Shown here: one piece after another, positions 52,592 to 64,000 of the stretch | Layout of the letters: each line of letters starts with the position of its first letter | Position numbering within the stretch: the stretch's first letter is position 1 | From: Nymphaea colorata | Lineage: Eukaryota | Assembly (NCBI RefSeq): GCF_008831285.2 | Contig: NC_045138.2 | Coordinates: 35,650,001 to 35,714,000, forward strand | Direction of reading: 5' to 3' | Length of the DNA stretch: 64,000 bases | Translations under genes and position numbers: made by a program | Notes under the pieces: generated by a model | Databases searched by the model: none | Told to the model about the DNA's origin: nothing | Seen by the model: only the letters and a program-made list of their open reading frames with translations

Positions 52592-55500
52592 GTGAGTGTT
52601 CGCATCAGCGGAACCATGATTTTCTGTTGTCTGACTCCTGGTTCGTATTTGAATTTTAATGTTCAATTTCATCGTTTTATTTGTCCACGTTCAGTTTAGT
52701 TTCCAATGGGCGATGATCAGAGATTATTATGGTTATTCATAATCTGATGTCATTAGTCGATGATAATTGCAGAGTCATGGGAAAAATCAGCTGTTCATGA
52801 GTTTACTAATTTTATTATCTACTCTAATTGTGCACAATGGGTGGTTGCATTATTTTTAGATAAATTTTGCGGTTTCACAGGCATATGTAGCTTGAATCTT
52901 TGTAGTTCCTAATTATTGTATAGAATTTTGATTTATGATTGCTGTTTTAATTGAAAAAGAACAAGAAAAAATTGCTGTGAGGAACAGGCTGTTTTCGATC
53001 ATTTTCTTATTTTTATGTCATTGATATAGCTGTCTAGAGGCAGGACCCGTAGATGGATTTGTATAGCTTAACCACATGAAAAATCGATAGTTTTTCTCAT
53101 CATCCTATGACTTTGGACCTTCAGCAACGGTTAATTGATCATGAGATTTGTATGGTGTCTGTAATCTCAAGGCTTCTTTACTTCACCTTTTAGTTTGCGG
53201 GTAAGTACTAAAAAGTAAAACTACTAAATTGCATCAGGGCTTGTCCTGAATTTAGGGGTTGCGAGGAAGCCAGAAGTCAGCCCGAATTTCGACCTTCAGT
53301 TTCAGGAATAGATTGAATAGAAAATCTTAGAAAATTGTCATTGTTGTTTGATTGAATTTTCAGAACTATCCTTAAAACTTTGGACAAGATGAATGCTCGG
53401 TGATATCCTCTAATTAAAAAACAGCTTAATCTTGAACATCAGAGATGAATATGTTCTCTTCCTACTTTCTCCTTACGTTTATCTTGCTCTATTGTGATAT
53501 AATAAGCTGGCTCAGCAAACACTAGTGAGGGGATTTAGGTGATATTGCCTTCCAAGAGGGGATTTAAGATCTCTGGTCATTTAGAGCATATAATCAGAAA
53601 TACGTGAGGCTAGAGAGTGTAGGCGTATAATCAACTAAGGAACGAGCTGATATTCGTACATTCGTTTGACTGATTGCAGTAGATGAAATGCAATAAAGGT
53701 GTCTAAGTTGGTGCAATGCGGTTCTTAGATTAAAAAATTTGTGCTTGCTGGTTGTCATCTAGCATTCTCACTTTTGAGCAACATTGAAATTGCAGGAAGG
53801 AGGAGCCTCTATGAAACCAGTGAGGACAACTTCTTTTCAGCAGTCATGCCAAACTTCAGCATGTCTCAGTAATTTTCTTTCTCTTATACCTGATTGTTTA
53901 AGAATACTTATCGACACTCCCACCCAAATGACAGGCTGAAAAATGATTTTCCATTTTCAGAACCTATTGTCAAACATGCGTTTGCTTTTTATTATTACAG
54001 TCACTATTTTCTTCTTGTGTTTTTGTCGTTGTCTTCTCTATGCAAAATTTGGTCATGATATGAGGAATTTTTTTAGGGGTGAAAATATTTTGAGCAATCT
54101 TGCAACTCGTGCTTGTGGTTGGTGCTCACTTTTATTTTGGTGGACTATTCTTTAGCATTGTCACACCCTCACTTCTAAGGGCTCTTTTCTTTCCAAACTT
54201 ACAGTTGCTTTTGAAGTATATGTTCCTACCTTGCTGTTATCTTTTTTTGTCAACTGATTAGGCCAACTACTCCAAAGCTTACTTTTGGGGAAAAAAAACC
54301 TTTTCGTTCCAACTATTTGTGGAACCCTTGTTCACTAAGAAGCCCATATGTACCAAGGACTTGTAGCCTCTAGGCTTTTCCTTTTTTGTAGAGGACCTTA
54401 TAGGAGAGTGTGATGGAGCCTACTCTTTTACATCCCTCCAAAACCCATTACACGGGTCACTCCAGTTTCACAAACACCCTATCTATGGGGAAAAGAGAGA
54501 CTCCTTATCTGGACAATGTATCATTTGATGTCGGCAGTTTTCCAAAAGTTTTTAGCCCTATATTTGTTCAAAAGGACTTTCGTGCACAATGGTATACCTT
54601 CTTTTTTTCTTAAGTATTTTTTTAAGGAGAAGGATGAAGTTTGAAGCTTTTGTTGTCAGTCAACGAGAGGTAAAACTGGAAAGATCCTCGATATGAGCAG
54701 TGTGGGAGAATCTGATGACACTGAGGAAGTCAAAGATTAGAAAAAGCTATTAGCCTTAGCAATCAAACATCTGCAAGGGTTTAGCAGGAGAATGCTATGA
54801 GAATGAAGCCCTAGCGTCCTGTAAAATCTTGGCAGGTAGCAAAATGAGAGTTGAGGGTGAGCTCGGGGCAAGTGTAGTCGTTCCTCTGGGTCAATACGTG
54901 AGAGTACTGAGAAGGCGCATAGCTGATTTGCGTCTCTCTTGCGAAATCATGTGACCTATGAACTTTTGTCTAGTCGTGGCCTGAAGCCTTCTGAACTCGA
55001 GCAAGTAAGTCCGAGGGGTGTTCTACACCTGGTACCCTAAGGCCAACTGGTCTGGGAGCTGCCGGCCCAAAGCTCGCTACACGGGTTCAGTAGAAAGCCC
55101 AATAGGCACGATATTGCACAAGACAAAACTACACAACCACCAAAATGGTGGAGCTTCGTAGTAGCCTTTGGGGTGGTGAGGTATTTCCCTCAAAGGTGAA
55201 GGGTGGCTCAGTTAGAAAAAGAAAAAGAAAAAGAAAAAGAGCAAAATCAAAAGAAAAATCTAAAATCAAAAGCAGAAAGAAAAAAAAAAAAGTGCCTGCC
55301 AAGAGATGAAAGACATGAAGGCCGAACTCTGAAGTATTGAATGAAAAAATCTTTTTCAGATGGATGATTCTAGGCTAATATTTGTTCCTCTTCTATGACT
55401 TTCTATGAAATTGAGGACGATTCCTCTATGCTCATGTTTTGGAAATGGAAAGAAATCCCTTGAAGAGACTGGACAACATTGGTGCGAGATGAATCCAGAC

Positions 55501-58415
55501 ACTTAATGAATACTTCTGGTAAATGAAGGCCATATCTCCTGCACACTACGAGCACTCAAAGCCTATAGGGCAAAGAATTGAAAATTTTTTGAGCTATTTT
55601 AAAGACAAATCTTTGCAAAGGAAAACTTGACATCTTTTGCTACATTTGTGGCTCCTGGTTATTGGAGAAATCTAGTTCCCTTAGGACTTGATGGATGCAG
55701 CCCTTTCATTTCCTTCTATGCTAGTCCATTCACAGAATGGATGAAACATCTCAAAATTAGTCTACTCATGCTAAGTGTGATGTCTTCCCCCGCTGTTCCC
55801 TAGATTTACCTCTTGCGCTTTCCCTCTAAATTTGATCTCCAACTCTATTTTCAGCTAAGCTTCAACTTCTTCCCTCCTGCTGTATGTTGGAATCCCAGCC
55901 ATGGAGTTGTCCCCTTAGGTCCTGTTTTTAGTGTCGCCCATCTTTAAACCCTAATTTTACTAGTTGTTTTCTAAACTAGGTTAACTCATGTTTTAATCTT
56001 ATTTAAAATCTAGCCTTCGGCCTTTGTTTTCAAATTTCATGCGTCATGTAGATCTGGCCATCTAGGCTCCACGCATGCATGGATCCAATAATGTAAAGGT
56101 TTTTAAAGTATATTTTACATATTCTTAAAACACTAAGGTGGGTTTGTGGTACTTGCCAGGTCTTGTGATCTATTTTGTTATATAAGGTTAATAACTACAT
56201 ATGGTGTTGTTTGATGAATTTGTGGAGATTGATGAATTTGTTTAAGTGCTACTTGAGCATTTAGTGAAACAGCAGAGCACTCGCTGTCTTTTTTGTGCAT
56301 GTACTTTGCAAAAATATACTTCTCAGTCTTATGAAGCAACAAGGCCCAAGTATCATGTACAACTAAAGCTGTTATGCACATTTAGTTGCTTTTCAACTCG
56401 CATCGGTTACTTCTTTCATTTTGTTTTCAGGATTGTTTTTCCTGCCATGAAGTTTCATCAAATCTTGGAATATCAATTATTTATTCTTCAAGATAGCGGA
56501 AAATGTAGCATGAAGTCCTTGAGTTGGTTGGAATTTTTCTAAACATGGTTGTTGTATTTCATCCGTTGATTGTTCATAATAGCAGTTATGAGTCACGTGT
56601 TTCCTCATTTTTTACTTTTAACATCTAAAAGTGGTGAGATCTTTTTTGCAAATGCCACAGGGTATCATAAGTCATCATCGTTCTTCAGTTTCGTTTTTAA
56701 TTTGTCTCTATTTTTCCTTAAGATCGAATGGCACTACTCTATTTTATTGTCTTAAATTTTCCACTCTCATTGCATGGCCTTGTGAGGTGCCTGCTTTAAG
56801 TGGAATAACAAGTTCTTCTTCAATACGAGAAGCTCAAAACGGAGTTACCATTCCAATGAATCTTTAGTTGCAGGCAATGTGATTTTTTAGTGGCTTGAAC
56901 TTGACATTTGAAATAGGTGGCATTCTTGTCTTGAGGGCTGAAGGTCGTGGGAGGGCCTCATGTACCTGCCATATTCCATTGCTGTTGAAAGCTATGAATT
57001 TGGGCCTATAGGTGATTGTGATTAGTATTTTCAATTTAGGTTATCATGTATCTTTTAGGGACCTAGTATGAGGGAGCTAACCAAAAGACCTCTGAAACAT
57101 TCTGATTGAATCTCCACAAATTGAAAGCACGTTCCTTTTCACAATCTAGTTTTTAACTAAAGAGGCACAAACGTGTTCAAATTTTTTGAATGGATCCTGG
57201 ATAATTGAACAAACACAGGTCCTTATGCTGCTGTAAAACTGTGGGTGCTAACTAAACAAAATGCTGGTTTCTTTGGCAATATTTTCTGTAGATTCTGTAT
57301 TATAAATTTTTGCTGCACAACTTATTGTTGGAAAGTGTCAATGTCCAAGGATGTCATGCACGATCTACTGTCAACACCATCTATTTCTACTAGCACACCT
57401 GACATAGAAATTTCAAGTCTTGTGGAGTGTTGTAGCACCATTCAGAAAGCAGAAGTGTATAAGATGTAAGTGCTTAAGATATCTCATGGATCTTGCCTTT
57501 CTCATGTCTTCTGCACACTAATTGTTGGTTAACCAAGTTATTGCTGCTAACGTAAAATTCTCATTTTGTTGTTTCCACTTTCTTTTACAAATCCATTGCA
57601 TTTATTTGATATCCTTAGTGTCATTTCTTGTACTTTGAGCTCCCATGCTGGTCCTAATGTCCCTTCTTGTACTTTGAGCTATCATGTTGGTCCCGTTGTC
57701 GCCTACTGTACCTGGAAAGAGGAGAGTACCACTTCCACCTTTTATGGCAGGAGTAAGAAAGTTACTCTGAAAATAACTCCATGAGGACTGCATTTTTAGC
57801 CAAATTCTCTCTTTCTTTCTTGTTACATCTCTTCTCTATCCAGGTAAAGAAAATATCTGTACAAACTTCAAATTGTCTGAGATAAGCCTATGATGCTGAT
57901 CCAAATTCTGCCCATAGCTGCAGTTTGCACTTTACACTCTAAAAGTCTATGAAACTAGGACTGCTACTAGTGTGAACAAGCGGATCTCAAGGAAGTGCAC
58001 ATCCATTTTAAACATTGCATTTAGTTCCCCTTTTGCTGATTTAGTTTCACAATAGGATCAATAGAATGCCTTTTCTCCTTGATATGCTAGGTCCTCTCAA
58101 TGTACTTTTTTGGTTGTTCACTTGAATGTTGAAAAACGAGGCCATTACTGTGCTCATATGAAATTCTCAAAATTTTGGAAATTTTTGAACTTCGGTGGTG
58201 GGTTAAGGTAGCATGTTGATAATTGTTTCTAGATTTGTGTATCATTCTTTAGGTAAACAGTGGCTCGCCTATTAATATTGTTTTTATCTTCAGTGTTCTC
58301 CCTAATTAAAATTCAAATGTATTAGTAACGCTCGTTGTATCTGGTTTTCTTGATGTATCAAACTCATAAACTGATTTTGTAATCAACCATTCTCTCATAA
58401 GTCTCCTTTTGCTAG

Positions 58416-61400
58416 GTTGAATTTCCTATTCAGGATGCTGTTAAATTATACTCAGAGAAACTAAAATTGATCAGCCTTGGTGAATCTCTCATTCTTTTGG
58501 CTTTATTTTCAAATTTTGTGTTTGTTGGTAGCATGTCAGCTTGGCCAGGTGACTTGTATGCTTGCTCTGCCGAAGGCATGCTGAGTTTAGCTCTTCAAAC
58601 TCCGGTGAAGTTTATTGCTTTCAATAATTAAAGGAAAAGGAAAAATGCCAATATTGCTAATACGAAGTCTTGCATGTCTCATCTAGATTTTGGCTGGTGT
58701 CCTAATTATCTAAATGCCCTGGCTGTGGTGAAGTCCAGATGAAGAAGCATGGTGATCCAGACGTCAATTACCATACCTAGAGCTATGGATTGTTTTTAGT
58801 TAGGGGCATATGTATTGTTCACATTTTTTGAATGCCAAATGCCCTTTGATTTATTGGTTATATTTGGTCATATTTAAGGATATGCTCACATTTGTTGTTA
58901 AAAGGGCTCGTCTTTCTTTCTGGCACAAGTTTGAACGAAAATCGAAGCCTGGATCTTCCTAGGAGCAGTGACGAAACCCTTTACAGTGCACACCTATAAA
59001 ATCTGCTTGTGCAAGAAACGACATCCATGGAGCTTCAAATGTGGTGTTATGCTGGATAGCCAAGGCCCACTCCCGTTTCCACTGTAACAACCGCCCTGGG
59101 TCTAAACGTTGCTGGGCTTTGCTAAGTGATACAACTAAAAACAGGCCAAAAGCAAACAACAAATTAAGTTAAATAATTGATCTGCTTATGAAATTAAAAT
59201 TACATACTTCAATGTCTAAAGCTTTGAGGGCAAAAAGAAAGAGCCTGAGGTTACTGCTGTTGAAGTTGTTTTCTTGTGTAGAAAGGGAAAAAAAATCAGC
59301 CTATATGTGGCGGTGGATGGGCATGATAAGAAACATTGCATTTTCTATCCTTCATCGCCAACGAATTCCTATATTCATCGATAGCCCCTCCATGTGAGTG
59401 TCATTGAAGTTAGAACTCTAGTTACTTTTCTTGTGAATATCTTGTGGATAATAAAATTAAATATTTGAATCAGTATATTTCCAGTTCACACACAACCACA
59501 CGTGCAGTCATGCACGTTGCTCTAATTATCTTCTCCAATGCTTCTTTCCAAGACTTCAAATGAGGAGAGGTTTCAGGATGCCAGGTTTTTTGCATGCTTT
59601 CTACTTCTTCATGAACTTAAAAAAATTGCTTTTTGCAGGGAGTTGAGCGTTATTGATCATCTTGAGGAGGTCTTATCATTTATTAGTTTATCATTGACCA
59701 GCCATCCTGAAGTCAGCCGATCCCCTCCTGGGATTGCACCTTTTTCAGGTAAATATTCTATCCAAAACAGATACATATTGGATAATACTCACTTGTGTGG
59801 TTTCCACTTCTGAGTTCAGTTATTATAGGACTTAATGGACATGTATGTGCTTGTCGTGTAACTATTGTCTTTTTGCTGCTTGGGACTAATAATGCTCATC
59901 TTACTGTACTTCCCACTCGTTTTTCTTCATTTAATTTGAATGAAAAGCATGGTAATGCTATAAATCAATTATTTGATGCTACATAAGAGTCTGTACGTAA
60001 ACACATCATATGTAGTAAACTAATTATTAGGTATTGATGCCAAATAAAAGCAAAAACCTTCAACACTTCAAGACAGAAAACAAAAAGCAACAACTGAATC
60101 AAATAAGCCCCGATGCAAACTGCTGGGAGAGTCAGCAACAAAAATGAAAAGCAAAGAAAAAAAAAAGATAAAACAACAAAGCAAAAAGAGGAGGAGGGAC
60201 AACATAGGCTGGATGAGAGAAGTATAATGCAGGTTGCAAGTGGATTCGCTACAATCCAATATTGTTGTCACGCCATAGAATAGGAGGTGTGGATGACAAA
60301 ACCCCATGATCTTTGAGATGTGATTCCAACAGTTGTTGCACAGTCTTCGTCTTCTTGTTTCTTCTCTCTCCAAAATAAGCGAATAAAGGGGAAGAAGAAA
60401 AAGAAGAGGAGGAGGAAATATACTCCCCTCACGTAAAAACCAATTAGTAATGCTTTCTATGGTGATACTTGTGCTTTCTTAATGCACCAAATGGTCCTCA
60501 CTGCTGGTGTTAATAATTTTGATTGTTGCTTGTGGTTTAAATTTAAGGCACATTTGCAACATGGAAATCTTGTGTCCAATGCTTTCATATCTGCATTTGT
60601 ATCGCCTATTAATATTGTCTTATCTTCCGGTGTTCTCCGAAATTTAAAATTCAAATGTATTAGTAATGCTCTTTGTATCTGGTTTCCGTGATGTATCAAC
60701 TATCAAGTATCAACTCAGAAACTGATTTGTAATCGACATTCCTCTCATAAGTCTCCTTTTGCTAGGTGAATTTCTTATTGGGGATGCTGTTAAATTATAC
60801 TCAGAGAATCTAAAATTGATCAGCCTAGGTGAATCTCTCATTCTTTTGGCTTTATTTCAAATTTTGTGTTCATAGGTAGCATGCTCTGAATACATAGTAG
60901 TGTTCAGGCTTGGCCATGTGACTTATATGCTTGCTCTGCCGAAGGCATGCTTGAATTAGCTCATCAAACTCCGGTGAAGTTTTCTTGCTTTCATAATTAA
61001 AGGAAAAGGAAAATATTCCATATTTCTAATCTAGCATGTCTCGTCTAGTTTTGGCTAGTGTCCTAATTATCTAAATGCCCCTCATATTCTATCTCAGGGT
61101 GATGTACTTTAATCTGTCCATGTAATTTTTAACTCATGATCAACCGATGCCAATCAGAACCAGCTTATTGAATTGCGCAACAGAGATCCAGTTTAACTTC
61201 TTGATAAGGTTAATTTCTCTCCAGTTTCTTTGCAGATATAAATAATTATGTTTCTTGCCATTCTTAATCTCGTTGATTTTTTTTCTTATTAAAGTAACCT
61301 GTTTCTTTCTGTTCTATTTTAAATTCTTCATTCATTTTCTTTCCCCCACCTGTGTCATTCTTAATCTCGTTGATTTTTTTTTCTTATTAAAGTGACCTTG

Positions 61401-62632
61401 TTTCTTTCTGGTCTATTTTAAATTCTTCATTCATTTTCTTTCCCCCTCCTGTGGCGGGTTGCTGCTGATTTGCTTGGGAGCACATCAGGAAACTTATTGA
61501 AGAAAAAGTTGCAGCTGCGCTGGCTGTGGTGAAGTCCAGATGAAGAAGCAAGTAGGTTCATTGTGCTTGCTGCATGTAACTTAGTTCCTTAGTATATGAA
61601 GGCACCCTTTATTATTCCACATGGCATATGTATATGTGCATAACTGCATATGTGAATCTGATAGCTGTTCCAGCTTGTATGGATGAGTACATGCCGAGAT
61701 TATTGTTTATTGCATAGTGTTCATGCTTATTATATAAATCTTTTTCTGCTTTCATAAATAATAGGAAGGAGGTCCAAAACTTTGCATCTCTTAAGAAGAA
61801 AGAAGATGGCAGCAGTTGATAGCTAGGCATAATTCATGTGTCTTTATGATGAAGATGGCAGCAGTTGATAGCTAGACATAATTCATGTGTCTTTCTGATG
61901 CAGTGAGTCTGAAGTATTTACGATATTAACAAGTTTATCATGTCCTTTTAAAGTGGCAAATTTTAAAACGGCATGGTGGTCCAGACGTCAATTACAATAC
62001 CTAGAGCTATGGATTGTTTTTAGTTAAGGACATATGTATTGGTCTATTTTTTGAATACCAGATGCCATTTGATTTATTTATATTTTGGTCACATTTAAAG
62101 ATATTCTCACATTTGAAGCCTGGGATCTTTCTAGGAGCAGTGACAAAACCCTTTACAGTGCACACCTATAAAATCTGCTTGTGCAAGAAACGACATCCAT
62201 GGAGTTTCAAATGTGGTGTTCTGCTGATAGCCAAGGCCCACTCCCGTTTCCACTGTGACAACCGCCTTGGGTATAAATGTTGCTGGGTTTTGCTAAGTGA
62301 TACACCTAAAAACAGGCCAAAAGCGAACAACAAATTAAGTTAAATAATTGATCTGCTTATGAAATTCCAGTTCACACACAACCACACGTGCAGTCATGCA
62401 CATTGCTCTAATTACCTTCTCCATGCTTCTTTCCAAGACTTCAAATGAAGAAGAGAGGTTTCCAGGATACCAGGTTTTTTGCATGCTTTCTGCTTCTTAA
62501 TGATCCTAAAAAAATTGCTTTTGCAGGGATTGAGCTTTATTGATCATCTTGAGGAGGTCTTATGATTTGTTAGTTTATCATTGACCAGCCATACTGAAGT
62601 CAGCCGATTCCCTTTGGGATTGCACCTTTTAG
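58416..62632 (+). pseudogene. TIC110-like exon fragments, copy 2
   Basis: Colinear with 24503-28747, with many additional 1-nt deletions. Confidence 0.7.
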
Positions 62633-62719
62633 GTAAATATTCTATCAAAAACACATATATATTTGATATGGGTGTTTACATGTGTGTGTGTGTGTGTGTT
62701 TGTGTTTGTGCCTTGGTCA

Positions 62720-62819
62720 NNNNNNNNNNNNNNNNNNNNNNNNNNNNNNNNNNNNNNNNNNNNNNNNNNNNNNNNNNNNNNNNNNNNNNNNNNNNNNNNN
62801 NNNNNNNNNNNNNNNNNNN
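62720..62819. other. Assembly gap (100 N)
   Basis: N run. Confidence 0.99.
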
Positions 62820-64000
62820 TAGTCGTTCCTCTGGGTCAATACGTAGAGATTACTGAAAGGCGCATAGCTGATTTGCGTCTCTCTTGCGAATCATGACCTA
62901 TGAACTTTTGTCTAGTCGTGGCCTGAAAGCCTTCTGAACTCGAGCAAGTAAGTCCGAGGGGTGTTCTACACCTGGTACCCTAAGGCCAACTGGTCTGGGA
63001 GCTGCCGGCCCAAAGCTCGCTACACGGGTTCAGTAGAAAGCCCAATAGGCACGATATTGCACAAGACAAAACTACACAACCACCAAAATGGTGGAGCTTC
63101 GTAGTAGCCTTGGGGTGGTGAGGTATTTCCTCAAAGGTGAAGGGTGGCTCAGTTAGAAAAGAAAAAGAAAAAGAAAGAGCAAAATCAAAAGAAAATCTAA
63201 AATCAAAGCAGAAAGAAAAAAAAAAAGTGCCTGCAAGAATGAAAGACATGAAGGCCGAACTCTGAAGTATTGAATGAAAAATCTTTTTCAGATGGATGAT
63301 TCTAGGCTAATATTTGTTCCTCTTCTATGACTTTCTATGAAATTGAGGACGATTCCTCTATGCTCATGTTTTGGAAATGGAAAGAAATCCCTTGAAGAGA
63401 CTGGACAACATTGGTGCGAGATGAATCCAGACACTTAATGAATACTTCTGGTAAATGAAGGCCATATCTCCTGCACACTACGAGCACTCAAAGCCTATAG
63501 GGCAAAGAATTGAAAATTTTTTGAGCTATTTTAAAGACAAATCTTTGCAAAGGAAAACTTGACATCTTTTGCTACATTTGTGGCTCCTGGTTATTGGAGA
63601 AATCTAGTTCCCTTAGGACTTGATGGATGCAGCCCTTTCATTTCCTTCTATGCTAGTCCATTCACAGAATGGATGAAACATCTCAAAATTAGTCTACTCA
63701 TGCTAAGTGTGATGTCTTCCCCCGCTGTTCCCTAGATTTACCTCTTGCGCTTTCCCTCTAAATTTGATCTCCAACTCTATTTTCAGCTAAGCTTCAACTT
63801 CTTCCCTCCTGCTGTATGTTGGAATCCCAGCCATGGAGTTGTCCCTTAGGTCCTGTTTTTAGTGTCGCCCATCTTTAACCCTAATTTTACTAGTTGTTTT
63901 CTAAACTAGGTTAACTCATGTTTAATCTTATTTAAAATCTAGCCTCGGCCTTTGTTTTCAAATTTCATGCGTCATGTAGATCTGGCCATCTAGGCTCCAC
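62820..64000. repeat. Third partial copy of the unit, equivalent to 20960-22157 and 54875-56072
   Basis: Starts tagtcgttcctctgggtcaatacg and ends taggctccac; differs mainly by 1-nt indels. Confidence 0.96.

Overview
Plant (angiosperm) nuclear DNA made of a near-identical ~33.9-kb unit repeated in tandem. Copy 1 is 1..32171 (with a 100-N gap), copy 2 is 32172..62719, and a third partial copy follows a second gap (62820..64000). Each unit has a four-gene host block: a group-A bZIP (ABI5/AREB3-type, +), a 5-exon SWIM zinc-finger ZSWIM7/SWS1/SSN2 gene (+), a 6-exon YqgF/RuvX-family nuclease (+, complete only in copy 2), and SQD1 (-, intact in copy 2, six 1-nt deletions in copy 1). A ~15-kb patchwork follows, holding same-strand gene fragments (SEC16 5' end, a bHLH112/123-like exon, duplicated TIC110-like exons), a CACTA-type subterminal repeat array and a ~720-bp direct repeat ending in a Helitron-like hairpin+CTAG. 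Most notable: the YqgF start codon sits directly behind a splice acceptor with no visible promoter of its own, and the nearest good donors lie just after the SWIM stop. This suggests a SWIM-YqgF dicistronic or read-through transcript, and an in-frame fusion is also possible. Whether the tandem array is real or an assembly artefact cannot be decided from sequence alone. Family assignments come from recalled motifs, not database searches.
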